From a candidate division WWE3 bacterium RIFCSPHIGHO2_01_FULL_40_23 (GTDB taxonomy: Bacteria; Patescibacteriota; WWE3; UBA101185; 2-01-FULL-41-18): 64,000 bases of DNA. Of this stretch, positions 46,334 through 55,811 are shown piece by piece. The DNA lies in the NCBI GenBank assembly GCA_001772615.1, contig MEUZ01000003.1, positions 350,433 through 414,432 of the forward strand, in the 5' to 3' direction. The notes under the pieces were generated by a model, which searched no databases, was not told the origin of the DNA, and saw only the letters and a program-made list of their open reading frames with translations. A program made the position numbers and the translations under genes. The first letter of the stretch is position 1. Each line of letters begins with the position of its first letter.

Positions 46334-48259
46334 ATGGAACTTTTTCAAAACCTAAACAAAGAACAGACCGAAGCGGCAATGCACCTTGAAGGGCCAGCTC
46401 TGGTAGTTGCCGGTCCAGGGTCAGGAAAAACAAGGGTGTTAACTCACAGGGTTGCCTATCTTATCAACGAACAAAAGATCCATGAGTCAAACATTTTAGT
46501 TGTAACTTTCACAAACAAAGCCGCGAATGAGATAAAAGAGAGGCTTAAAAACTTACTGCAGGAGGATGTTAAGCTCCCCTGGGCCGGAACATTTCATTCA
46601 ATCTGCTCAAAAATTTTAAGAAGAGACGGTTATCTTATCGGCATCAGCCCTTCATTTGCCATTTATGACGAAGATGACCAAAGAGCTCTAATAAAAGGTG
46701 TTCTTAAAGATTTAAATTTACCTCCAACAAAAATTAATCCTTATGCAGTACTCTCAAAAATTTCAGGTGCGAAAAACGAGTTGATTGATGAACACGAATA
46801 TCCCAAATACGCTTTTGGGTACTTCGCGGAAGTGGTTGCAAGGGTGTATCCGATATATCAAAAACGTTTGCGTGAGAACAATGCTTTGGATTTTGATGAT
46901 TTGATAATGGAGACAGTGAGGCTTTTCGAAAACGGGCAGGTTCTTGAAAAATACCAAAACCAACTCCAATTTATCCTCATTGACGAATACCAAGACACAA
47001 ACAAAGCCCAGTACATTTTATCAAAGCTCCTTGCCCAAAAACACGGAAACATTTTCGTTGTCGGGGACATGTCTCAAGCAATTTATTCATTCAGAGGCGC
47101 AGATTTTAGAAACATCCTTAACTTTGAAAAAGATTATAAAGACGCAAAGATTTATAACCTTGAAGAAAACTACAGATCAACTAAAACAATCATTGAAGCC
47201 GCAAGAAACTTAATCACAAAAAATTCAACCCATGTGCCTTTAAATCTCTGGACCAAAAACAAAGAGGGGCAAAAGGTAAAAGTGTATGAAGCTTTTGACC
47301 ACATAGACGAAGCTTTATTTATCGCACAGGAAATAAAAAACGAAATAATAAAAGGGGGGCTTTCATTTGCTGACATTGCAGTACTTTACCGCACAAACGC
47401 GCAGTCAAGAAACATTGAAGAAATGCTTTTAAAAGAGGGCATCCCTTATAAACTCGTTGGTGGCGTGAGATTTTATTCAAGAAAGGAAATTAAAGATTTA
47501 ATTTCTTATTTAAGAGTTATTCATAACCCTTCGGATTCAATTTCCTGGGAAAGAATTATTAACACACCACCAAGAGGACTTGGCAAAAAAGCTGTGGAAA
47601 AGCTCAAGGAAGAAAAATGGGACATAGATAAGATTTCACAAGTTACAAAACTGCCTTTTAAAGAATGGGTTTCACAAATAGAAACTCACACCACTCCTGA
47701 GCTTCTTGAGGATGTTATTTCTAAAACAAGATATATTGAATGGCTAAATGACGGAACCGAGGAAAACCTATACCGAATAGAAAACATAAAAGAGCTTAAA
47801 TCAGTTGCCTCGCTTTTTTCAAATCTGTCCGACTTTCTGGAAAATGTGTCTCTTATTGAAAGTACCGACAAACCGCGCTCTGAAGAAAAAGATGCGGTAA
47901 CTCTTATGACTGTGCACGCGGCAAAAGGCCTTGAATTTCCGGTAGTCTTTATTATGGGGATGGAGGAAGGGCTTTTTCCACATTCAAGAAGCTATCTTGA
48001 CTTAAACGAACTTGAAGAAGAAAGGCGCCTTTGTTACGTAGCAATAACACGGGCAAAAGAGAAGCTTTTTTTAACGCATGCAAAATCGCGTTTGTATTTT
48101 GGAAGCACGCAGTCAAATATAATTTCAAGGTTTATCATTGAAATCCCGCAGGAACTTTTAGAATCAAATCATGTACTTAATAAACACGGCTCATCTAATT
48201 TTGAAATTGAGGAGTTTTTAGATAAACTTCAGAGTGAGAGAGAACTTGAAATAAGATAA
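46334..48259 (+). CDS. pcrA: ATP-dependent DNA helicase PcrA/UvrD
   Basis: GPGSGKTRVLTHRVAYLI and the UvrD motifs. 641 aa. Confidence 0.85.
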   Translation: MELFQNLNKEQTEAAMHLEGPALVVAGPGSGKTRVLTHRVAYLINEQKIHESNILVVTFTNKAANEIKERLKNLLQEDVKLPWAGTFHSICSKILRRDGYLIGISPSFAIYDEDDQRALIKGVLKDLNLPPTKINPYAVLSKISGAKNELIDEHEYPKYAFGYFAEVVARVYPIYQKRLRENNALDFDDLIMETVRLFENGQVLEKYQNQLQFILIDEYQDTNKAQYILSKLLAQKHGNIFVVGDMSQAIYSFRGADFRNILNFEKDYKDAKIYNLEENYRSTKTIIEAARNLITKNSTHVPLNLWTKNKEGQKVKVYEAFDHIDEALFIAQEIKNEIIKGGLSFADIAVLYRTNAQSRNIEEMLLKEGIPYKLVGGVRFYSRKEIKDLISYLRVIHNPSDSISWERIINTPPRGLGKKAVEKLKEEKWDIDKISQVTKLPFKEWVSQIETHTTPELLEDVISKTRYIEWLNDGTEENLYRIENIKELKSVASLFSNLSDFLENVSLIESTDKPRSEEKDAVTLMTVHAAKGLEFPVVFIMGMEEGLFPHSRSYLDLNELEEERRLCYVAITRAKEKLFLTHAKSRLYFGSTQSNIISRFIIEIPQELLESNHVLNKHGSSNFEIEEFLDKLQSERELEIR

Positions 48260-48271
48260 GGAGACGGCAAG

Positions 48272-48439
48272 ATGAAAAGGTTGAGGAGAAAAAATCAAAC
48301 CAAGGCCGGTATGAATGTAGAAGTTCGACCGATTGGGGCATCCAGGAGAAAATCCAAAAGCGTATTTAGAAGCGTTCTTGCCAACTTAAAGGGTCCAGTC
48401 AACCTTGTGCTGAGGCTCGTGCAGAATATTTTTTATTGA
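48272..48439 (+). CDS. Small basic ORF (55 aa), hypothetical
   Basis: RBS aaggagacggcaag, then ATG. MKRLRRKNQTKAGMNVEVRPIGASRRKSKSVF... It falls below the ORF-track cutoff. Confidence 0.25.
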   Translation: MKRLRRKNQTKAGMNVEVRPIGASRRKSKSVFRSVLANLKGPVNLVLRLVQNIFY

Positions 48440-48526
48440 TCCTAAGGGCTCTTATGAACGGTAGATAAGGGCCCTATAGTATTTTAAAGTTGGGGAGTTG
48501 GTTTATAATATTCCCTATCCAGATAT

Positions 48527-49267
48527 ATGAGTAAAATAGCTTCAATTTTAGCATCCATTGCTTTAACCCTATCTCCTCAAGTAGACAAAAGTTTTGATGT
48601 GGCAAAGGAGAAAACATACATCAACGAACAAACGTTAGTTAAAACCGAAACAAGGTTTTCACAAAAAGAGATAGCGGAGTCAGATCCAATTGGATATGAA
48701 ACTTCATACCGCGACGATGAAAATCTTGAATTTGGCGAAACTAAAATCTTAAATAAAGGCGAAAACGGCGAGGAAGTTAAAGCATATAGAATAACTTACT
48801 ATGATGAAGAAATTTTGGATAAAGAGCTCATCAACACAGAGATTAAAGAGCCAAAAAATGAGGTAGTTCTAAAGGGAACTAAAATTTCCTGGAAAAAAGA
48901 AGACGCCAACAGATGCGGGGAGTTTAAATACTGGCATAAATATGAAAATGTTTATATGACTACCTACACTCCCCAATGCCTGGGATGTAATGCCTGGACG
49001 TCCATTGGGCTCAAGGCTGGGTATGGAATAGTAGCTGTTGATCCAAAGAAAATTCCATACTGGACAAAAGTTTGCATTCCAGGTTATGGAATAGCGGTAG
49101 CGGGAGATACGGGAGGGGCAATGAGAAGTTATCCCGGACTTCTTATTGACCTTGGCTTTCCTTCCCTTGCACCGCAGGATAAATGGCTGACAACCGGAAG
49201 GTATGATATGTATATTTTAAACAACGAGGATAAAAGAGACAGGTTTTTTGTTGGTGATTTAAGATGA
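48527..49267 (+). CDS. G5 and 3D domain-containing cell-wall protein
   Basis: The C-terminal 3D-domain pattern IAVDPKKIPYWTKVCIPGYGIAVAGDTGGAMRSYPGLLID. A signal/anchor at the N-terminus. Confidence 0.7.
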   Translation: MSKIASILASIALTLSPQVDKSFDVAKEKTYINEQTLVKTETRFSQKEIAESDPIGYETSYRDDENLEFGETKILNKGENGEEVKAYRITYYDEEILDKELINTEIKEPKNEVVLKGTKISWKKEDANRCGEFKYWHKYENVYMTTYTPQCLGCNAWTSIGLKAGYGIVAVDPKKIPYWTKVCIPGYGIAVAGDTGGAMRSYPGLLIDLGFPSLAPQDKWLTTGRYDMYILNNEDKRDRFFVGDLR

Positions 49268-49270
49268 GGG

Positions 49271-50035
49271 ATGAAAGCAAAGAAAGAACTGGGGCAAAAT
49301 TTTTTAATTGACGAGCACATTGTAAACATTCTGATCCAGGAAGGAGAGGTAAATAACACAGATAAAGTTCTTGATATCGGATCCGGAAAAGGGTTTGTAA
49401 CCAAGGCTCTTTCTGAAAAAGCCGGGAATGTGCTGGGTGTTGAACTGGATAAAGATTTAATCCCTGTACTTACTTCAAACTTATCACAGTTTAAAAATGT
49501 TGAGATTGAAAACGGCGATATTCTGACTTTTTTAGAGGATAAATCTAATCACAAAAGGTTCAACAAGATAGTTTCTTCCATCCCATTTCAGATAACCTCT
49601 CCCCTTTTGCACAAAATCATAAATATCAGAAGCACAATAGATATTTGCGTCCTACTCATTCAAAAAGAGGTTGCCGAAAGGGTAACTGCAAAACCGCCAA
49701 AAGCAAATTACTTATCCATATTTCTTCAGACCTTTTTTAAGGTGGAGCTAATCACTGTTGTTAGTAAAGAATCATTTTATCCAAAATCTGAAGTTGACGG
49801 CGCAATTATAAAACTCACACCGCTAAAAAAATCTCTTGTAAAAGACGACGTCAAATATTCAAAATTCCTCCACCACGGGTTCACACAGCAAAGAAAGATG
49901 CTATATAAAAGGTTTAAAAAGGAAGTTTTAGAGAAGGCTGGTATAGATACAACAAGGAGAGCCGAAACTTTAAGCGTTGAAGAGTGGGTAAAGATATTCA
50001 AGAATTCATCCCTGATCTGGCCCATGTCATCCTGA
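49271..50035 (+). CDS. rsmA: 16S rRNA (adenine1518/1519-N6)-dimethyltransferase RsmA/KsgA
   Basis: KELGQNFLIDEHIV...LDIGSGKGFVT. Confidence 0.85.
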   Translation: MKAKKELGQNFLIDEHIVNILIQEGEVNNTDKVLDIGSGKGFVTKALSEKAGNVLGVELDKDLIPVLTSNLSQFKNVEIENGDILTFLEDKSNHKRFNKIVSSIPFQITSPLLHKIINIRSTIDICVLLIQKEVAERVTAKPPKANYLSIFLQTFFKVELITVVSKESFYPKSEVDGAIIKLTPLKKSLVKDDVKYSKFLHHGFTQQRKMLYKRFKKEVLEKAGIDTTRRAETLSVEEWVKIFKNSSLIWPMSS

Positions 50036-50039
50036 ATTT

Positions 50040-50085
50040 AATTCAGGATCTACAGTGAGATACCTGCTTTCGCAGGAATGGCAGA
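50040..50085. repeat. Palindromic repeat family copy R4 (reverse orientation)
   Basis: cctgctttcgcaggaatggcag is the reverse complement of the cattcctgcgaaagcagg core. Confidence 0.6.
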
Positions 50086-50090
50086 AAATT

Positions 50091-50852
50091 TCAGTCTTCC
50101 AAAATCTCAACAGAGTTAACGGTGACGTTTTCTAATGGATCGGATTTTTCCCTAAAAGCATTTTCCTTAACAGGTGTATCGGCAATTTTATCAACCACAT
50201 CCATCCCCTCTGCTACCTCACCGAAAATTACATAATTTTTCGGTAGTGGGTAATCGGCGTGCATTATAAAAAATTGGCTTCCGTTAGTATTCGGACCGGA
50301 GTTAGCCATAGCCAAAATACCTCTTGTGTAATCCCGTGTAATAGGTTCATCAGAAAATTTATAACCCGGGTCTCCTGTTCCATTTCCAAGCGGATCACCG
50401 CCCTGAATCATAAAACCTTTCATAATTCTGTGAAATCTTGTATTGCTATAAAAACCTTCTTTAGAAAGGAATACAAAATTATTTACCGTAACGGGAGTTT
50501 CTTTTTCAAAAAGGTCAACGGTTACATCCCCTTTTGATGTTTTTAGAACCGCTTTATAATCCTTGCCCTTTTTAAGAATCATCTCTGGAGGATTTTTATA
50601 TCTTCTAAAAGAAGCCACATTGCTTTGGGAAGATTCCTCTTCCTCATCTTTTTTCAGCCGGTCATCAGAAACTACAGAAGCAGCTTCTTCAGGTCTTTTT
50701 GACAGGGCGCTGAAAATAACAATTACAACAAGAACTCCTAAAACTATAGCAAGTACCTGGGTTTTTTGCATGATGGGGATTTTATCACACGGACGATACT
50801 CCTGTATATAAAACCCTCCCACAACTATGTATGGGAGGGTAGAGTAAATCAT
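50091..50852 (-). CDS. Cyclophilin-type peptidyl-prolyl isomerase with an N-terminal membrane anchor
   Basis: FHRIMKGFMIQGGDP...GILAMANSGPNTNGSQFFI. The start is ambiguous between 50852 and 50771. Confidence 0.85.
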   Translation of the reverse strand: MIYSTLPYIVVGGFYIQEYRPCDKIPIMQKTQVLAIVLGVLVVIVIFSALSKRPEEAASVVSDDRLKKDEEEESSQSNVASFRRYKNPPEMILKKGKDYKAVLKTSKGDVTVDLFEKETPVTVNNFVFLSKEGFYSNTRFHRIMKGFMIQGGDPLGNGTGDPGYKFSDEPITRDYTRGILAMANSGPNTNGSQFFIMHADYPLPKNYVIFGEVAEGMDVVDKIADTPVKENAFREKSDPLENVTVNSVEILED

Positions 50853-51169
50853 GCAAGAGGAGGAAATTTCCCCAGAAGGTAGGTTTCAATTTCAGACAGA
50901 AATTTCTCCTCATCTAGATTCCTCTCCCGGCAGGCCTTTTGAAGTGAAGCTATACCTTCTTGGGTAAGAGAGTATCCGTCTATCGAATAAACCGCCACGC
51001 CTCCCTGCACTAAAGGAATATATCCCTTAGGCTGGTCTGAACGGTCAGGGTTCATAAGCAGATAGGCGCTGAAATTCACAACTTTCGGGAATTCACCTCT
51101 TGTAGAAAGGTTTCCGCCGCTGATAAAGAGCTCGTAGTACCCTATCTTCGCAATTCTTGTGTATCTCAT
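50849..51169 (-). CDS. Hypothetical protein
   Basis: AGGAGG lies 8 nt upstream of the ATG at 51169. 106 aa. Confidence 0.4.
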   Translation of the reverse strand: MRYTRIAKIGYYELFISGGNLSTRGEFPKVVNFSAYLLMNPDRSDQPKGYIPLVQGGVAVYSIDGYSLTQEGIASLQKACRERNLDEEKFLSEIETYLLGKFPPLA

Positions 51170-51255
51170 CTCCCATTCCTCCTGTCTTTTGGGTTTGACC
51201 AAGTTTTACCACAACTTTAGGGCATCTCAAAACCGCTTCTTGCTATAATGGCTTT

Positions 51256-52953
51256 GTGAAGGTAAGAATTCCAAAATTCATAGCTATATCCACAATCTTT
51301 CTGTTTCTGTCTACAAGCCTCGCTCACGCCTCGGGAGAAATCATTAAAAAATTTAACTCCGAAGTATCAATATATAAAAATGGTGTCGTAAATGTTAGAG
51401 AAACCATAGTTTATGATTTCTCCACCCTGCAAAGACACGGGATATTTAGAGACATTCCATACACTCTAAAAAATTCGGAAGGCAAAGAATTTGAAATGCC
51501 CATAACTGTTCTTTCAGTCAAAAACGAATACGGACAGGACTATAAATACACACAGTCCAGAACAGGCGGAAACGTCTCGTTAAAAATCGGAGATCCCAAT
51601 AAAACAATCACCGGTGCTCACACCTACGTTATTACTTACGAGGTAGAAGGGACCTTGGAGGAGTTTTCGGACCATGACGAGCTCTACTGGAACGTAACAG
51701 GGAATGAGTGGAAAGTCCCTATAGAAACTTCTTCCGTCAGGCTGTTGTTTCCATCCGACGTGCCCGTCTCAAATCTGAAAATCGCTTGTTTTACAGGGCC
51801 CTTTGGATCTAAAGAAGTAAACTGCTCTCAAGTTTACGACCTTCTGCCAAGCCTTTTTGTAACAACCACAAAATATCTTAATCCAAACGAAGGCTTTACG
51901 ATCGTTGCGGGCTTTGACAAAGGTTACATAACCGTAATACCTAAAAAAGAAGTAAGCAAACTCCCGGAATATTTAGTTCTTGCAGGACTGTTCATCTGGT
52001 ATTTCCTTCTTCCCTTATCGGTTATTCTCATGTATCTAAAATACGGGAGAGACCCAAAAATAAATACCGCAATACCGGCATTGTTTGAGCCGCCTCTTGA
52101 TGGCAAAAGAAGACTAACACCAGCCGAGTCGGGAACTATTGTGGACGAATCTGCGGACGACAAAGACATTACCGCAACAATCGTGGACCTTGCAATAAGA
52201 GGTTACCTGAAAATAACGGAAAAGGATCAGAAGTCTCTTGGAGGATTGCTCTCCTCAAAAGATTACATCCTTACCAGAGAGGAAACGTATAAAAACAAAG
52301 AAGGAGAAGTAAAACTGGAAAAACATGAGGAAGCCTTAATTAATTCTTTGTTCAAGGACGGGGATGAGGTATCAACAGCGGATCTTTTAGACTCATTCAG
52401 TAAAGATGCTCAAAATATTAAAGATAATTTATATAAAAACGCTATCTCAAACGGATTTTTTCCGCATAATCCTAAAACAGTAAGAGACATCTGGCTTATT
52501 GTCGGATTTTTGTCTTTATTTACAATTAACGTTCCTCTTGGAGTTGTATGCATTGTATTTTCAAGGGTCATGCCAAGAAAGACTCTTAAAGGAGCTAAAA
52601 GCAAAGTTGATATTTTAGGCCTTAAGAGGTTTGTTTCTTCCCAGGAAAGACAGCTTAAGTTTCAAGAGGAGAACTGGTATTTATTTGAAAAGCTTCTCCC
52701 TTATGCTATAGCCTTGGGTGTGGCAGATGTATGGGCAAAAAGGTTTGAAAAACTTGGGGAAATACCTCAAAGAACCTGGTATACAGGAAACTCAAGTTTT
52801 AATTCATATACTTTCGCTAATTCGTTAGGCTCTCTTGGAACTTCTGTAGCGAGAGCGGCCACACCGACAAGCTCTTCTTCAGGTTTCTCAAGCGGATTTT
52901 CTGGAGGATCTTCCGGCGGTGGAGGCGGAGGCGGTGGCGGTGGGTCATGGTAA
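51256..52953 (+). CDS. DUF2207-like membrane protein with a Gly-rich C-terminal tail
   Basis: A signal peptide, an N-terminal beta-rich domain (DELYWNVTGNEW), internal TM helices, and a C-terminal SSGFSSGFSGGSSGGGGGGGGGGSW. Confidence 0.55.
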   Translation: MKVRIPKFIAISTIFLFLSTSLAHASGEIIKKFNSEVSIYKNGVVNVRETIVYDFSTLQRHGIFRDIPYTLKNSEGKEFEMPITVLSVKNEYGQDYKYTQSRTGGNVSLKIGDPNKTITGAHTYVITYEVEGTLEEFSDHDELYWNVTGNEWKVPIETSSVRLLFPSDVPVSNLKIACFTGPFGSKEVNCSQVYDLLPSLFVTTTKYLNPNEGFTIVAGFDKGYITVIPKKEVSKLPEYLVLAGLFIWYFLLPLSVILMYLKYGRDPKINTAIPALFEPPLDGKRRLTPAESGTIVDESADDKDITATIVDLAIRGYLKITEKDQKSLGGLLSSKDYILTREETYKNKEGEVKLEKHEEALINSLFKDGDEVSTADLLDSFSKDAQNIKDNLYKNAISNGFFPHNPKTVRDIWLIVGFLSLFTINVPLGVVCIVFSRVMPRKTLKGAKSKVDILGLKRFVSSQERQLKFQEENWYLFEKLLPYAIALGVADVWAKRFEKLGEIPQRTWYTGNSSFNSYTFANSLGSLGTSVARAATPTSSSSGFSSGFSGGSSGGGGGGGGGGSW

Positions 52954-52982
52954 ATAACTAGAAATTACTGAAATTAATGTTC

Positions 52983-53102
52983 TGTCATCCTGAACTGACT
53001 TTATGTCATGCCGGACCTGATCCGGCATCTATAATCCTAGATTCCCGCTTTCGCGGGAATGACACTTGATTCGTGTTGGAGCTTAGACCCTGCTTTCGCA
53101 GG
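52983..53102. repeat. Palindromic repeat family copy R5 (compound, TIR-bounded)
   Basis: tgtcatcc...catgccggacctgatccggcat...ctagattcccgctttcgcgggaatgaca, then cctgctttcgcagg. Confidence 0.65.
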
Positions 53103-53143
53103 AACAGACCTAACAAACCACCAACAAAAAAGGCCAGCTGTAA

Positions 53144-53440
53144 TTACTCAACTGGCCCAAGGTTTCTACCGCAACCGGGACAAATCCAATTCCCATGCTT
53201 ATTTACAGGAAGGGAAAAGCAATCCAGTCCAGAGCACATCGGCCGCAACTTCCTCCTAACTTCAGCCGGGGCAAGCCTTATCCCTGCTGCAGGTGTTTCC
53301 ACAGCGAAAACCCTTTTCGCAGCTTTAGTTGGCACACGCATTCTGCTTTGGTGATGTTCACCCCGATCACAGTCAGTACAAAATTCGCCATTATCTGCGA
53401 CCTTGTTTCTGCAACCGCACGAACAAGCGCAAGTTGCCAT
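53144..53440 (-). CDS. Cys-rich small protein (zinc-ribbon-like), hypothetical, higher GC
   Basis: MATCACSCGCRNKV...CTDCDRGEHH...CPGCGRN. A strong RBS gaaggaaggagaaagatc precedes the ATG. Confidence 0.5.
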   Translation of the reverse strand: MATCACSCGCRNKVADNGEFCTDCDRGEHHQSRMRVPTKAAKRVFAVETPAAGIRLAPAEVRRKLRPMCSGLDCFSLPVNKHGNWICPGCGRNLGPVE

Positions 53441-53530
53441 GATCTTTCTCCTTCCTTCGTATAGTATTTTTAAAATTATAAAACTCTTATCCGTTTTAGC
53501 AAGTCAATTCTAGATGCTATACTTTTGCGG

Positions 53531-54475
53531 ATGACAGAAAGATCAAGGCACATTGTTCAATCCCAAGAATGGGGCGAAATAAAGACAAAATATGGCACCA
53601 AGGCAGCCAAGGCCGGAAGTGTTCAATTCACAAAGCACAGGATCCCGTTCACCTCTTACTTTTACGGATATTCTCCCAAAGTAAACCCAAAAGAGATAAA
53701 CTTCAAAATCCTAGAGGAGATTTTGTTAAAAGAAAACGTTATCGCAATTAACTTTGACTGTCCGAATGTTACAACTGACGAAGAAGACTTTAAAGAAAAT
53801 GAAGACATTTTAAAAAAAGCCTGCACACCGTCAAAAAGAAACACTTTTTCAAAATATAACATCCTCTTTGACATCATCCCCACAGAAGACGTGCTTTTAT
53901 CAAACATGCACCCAAAAACAAGATACAACATAAAATACGCCGAAAAAAACGGCATTAAAGTACGGGAAGGAGGAGATAAAGATATAACTCTTTTTAATAA
54001 ACTTCAAAACGAAACAGCAAAAAGACAAAAATTTTATATACATCCCGACAGATATTACGGACTGATATGGGAAGTTTTATCAAAAAAAGGTATGGCAAAG
54101 CTTTTAGTTGCAGAGTATCAAGGAAAGCCAGTCTCATGCTGGATGCTTTTTCTGTATAAGGGCGTGCTTTATTACCCTTATGGAGCGTGGAGCGGTGAGC
54201 ATCAAAACCTCTTTCCAAATAACCTTTTGTGCTTTGAGGCTATAAAACAAGGCAAAAAGGAAGGATGCAAAACATTTGATATGTGGGGAGCGTCAAAAGA
54301 TCCCGAAAATAAAAATGATCCGTGGTATGGCTTCACTAAATTTAAACTTGGATTCGGCGGAAAGCATGTTGAATATATAAACTCGTACGACTTTGTTTTA
54401 AATCAACCCCTTTATCAAAGCTTCAATCTGATTAACGGTGTTAGGTGGGCTGTATTAAAGATGCTTAAAGGCTAA
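53531..54475 (+). CDS. FemAB-family peptidoglycan interpeptide-bridge aminoacyltransferase
   Basis: HIVQSQEWGEIK is FemX-like. Confidence 0.65.
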   Translation: MTERSRHIVQSQEWGEIKTKYGTKAAKAGSVQFTKHRIPFTSYFYGYSPKVNPKEINFKILEEILLKENVIAINFDCPNVTTDEEDFKENEDILKKACTPSKRNTFSKYNILFDIIPTEDVLLSNMHPKTRYNIKYAEKNGIKVREGGDKDITLFNKLQNETAKRQKFYIHPDRYYGLIWEVLSKKGMAKLLVAEYQGKPVSCWMLFLYKGVLYYPYGAWSGEHQNLFPNNLLCFEAIKQGKKEGCKTFDMWGASKDPENKNDPWYGFTKFKLGFGGKHVEYINSYDFVLNQPLYQSFNLINGVRWAVLKMLKG

Positions 54476-54481
54476 GCGAAA

Positions 54482-55375
54482 ATGAAGGATATAAGGCAGT
54501 CTGAAAACTGGGCCAAATATCTTTCGGGACTTGGATGGGAGTTTCAAAACATAAACGGAACTTTGATTTATCTAAAAAGGATAGGCCCATCTTCCGTAAC
54601 AAAGGTTCAAAGGCCTCAAAGTCTATCGGAGGGTAAGCTTAAAAAAATAGAGGACTCGGCCATTAAAAACAAAACCCTTTTTATTAAAATAGAACCATTG
54701 GACTCCAAAGGTGAAAAAAATCTTAAGAAAGCAGGCTTTGAGAGAAGCTTTTTTCCTCTTTTAACCCCAAGCTCAATTTTTATTGACTTAACTAAAAGTA
54801 AGGAAGACTTATGGAAAAATCTCAAAAAAGACGCGAAATATTCAATCAGAAAAGCGCAAAAAATCAACTTAAAAACCGATTTCTATGTAAACCCCAATCT
54901 CCAAACTTGCGAAAAGTTTTTTAAAATCCTTTTTGAAACAGGGAAACAGAAAAAATTTTATGTCCAGCCCTTCTCCGATCTTAAGACTAAAATAAATTCC
55001 TTTAAGGACTTATCAATAGTCACCCTTACCAAAAAAGACACAGAAATATTATCAGGAAGCCTTATACTTGCCTTTGAAGGAAACGCCTTTTACACCCACG
55101 CCGCATCAAGTAATGAAGGACGAAAATTTGGTTCATCATACTTTGAATTGTGGAGCACAATATTACACCTAAAGAAAAAAGGTATTAAAACTTTTGATCT
55201 TGAGGGAATTGCAGACGAAAGATTTCCAAGCTTTACCAAAAACTGGATGGGCTTCTCCTTTTTTAAAAAGAAATTCGGCGGGGAAATAATAAAATTTCCG
55301 CCTCCTTATATTAAATATTACAACAAAATTCTAACAACACTTAGAAAATTAATGAGAGCCCCCCTGCCGCTATAA
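54482..55375 (+). CDS. FemAB-family protein (tandem paralogue)
   Basis: IRQSENWAKYLSGLGW...TFDLEGIAD...FKKKFGG. The architecture parallels the previous ORF. Confidence 0.6.
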   Translation: MKDIRQSENWAKYLSGLGWEFQNINGTLIYLKRIGPSSVTKVQRPQSLSEGKLKKIEDSAIKNKTLFIKIEPLDSKGEKNLKKAGFERSFFPLLTPSSIFIDLTKSKEDLWKNLKKDAKYSIRKAQKINLKTDFYVNPNLQTCEKFFKILFETGKQKKFYVQPFSDLKTKINSFKDLSIVTLTKKDTEILSGSLILAFEGNAFYTHAASSNEGRKFGSSYFELWSTILHLKKKGIKTFDLEGIADERFPSFTKNWMGFSFFKKKFGGEIIKFPPPYIKYYNKILTTLRKLMRAPLPL

Positions 55376-55452
55376 AAACATACGTTTTGACTATATCTAA
55401 GATAGCGATTATCATTTCCGCACTAACTCGCACTGAAAAAAGGAGAAAGAGA

Positions 55453-55662
55453 ATGGAAGTCTATCTTAGGCCGTTGAAGGATGCCGATGATCAGATCGTC
55501 GGCTACGCCCTGGTTGATGAGAATTTTTGGTACGTCACCAATGCGGGGGAATTCACACCAAAGAGGGAGAATGCCAAAGTCTTTCGGCCAGGCAGCCCGC
55601 TTACATTGGTGGTTAACTTTTGCAAGCCGTACAACCTGAAAGTACTCCTTAGCCCCAATTAA
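55453..55662 (+). CDS. Hypothetical small protein (higher GC)
   Basis: RBS aaaaaggagaaagagaATG. 69 aa. A terminator follows. Confidence 0.4.
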   Translation: MEVYLRPLKDADDQIVGYALVDENFWYVTNAGEFTPKRENAKVFRPGSPLTLVVNFCKPYNLKVLLSPN

Positions 55663-55684
55663 GTACTGATCTTTAACCCCCATT

Positions 55685-55717
55685 ACCGCGGGACAAGAGC
55701 ACCCCGCGGTTTTTTCT
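55685..55717 (+). terminator. Intrinsic terminator
   Basis: accgcggg..ccccgcggt, then TTTTTT. Confidence 0.65.
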
Positions 55718-55811
55718 CGCCACTAAAAGGACCCTGTTATACAAACTTGCTCAAGTTTGCCACATTAACTCATTTGTTGCCGGGACAGATTTAGGTTACT
55801 ATCTGGTTGTA

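Noticed and set aside
53059-53464. Three overlapping plus-strand ORFs (53059-53259, 53073-53354, 53195-53464)
   Set aside because: They overlap each other and the Cys-rich minus-strand gene, which has a strong SD. They partly translate repeat R5.
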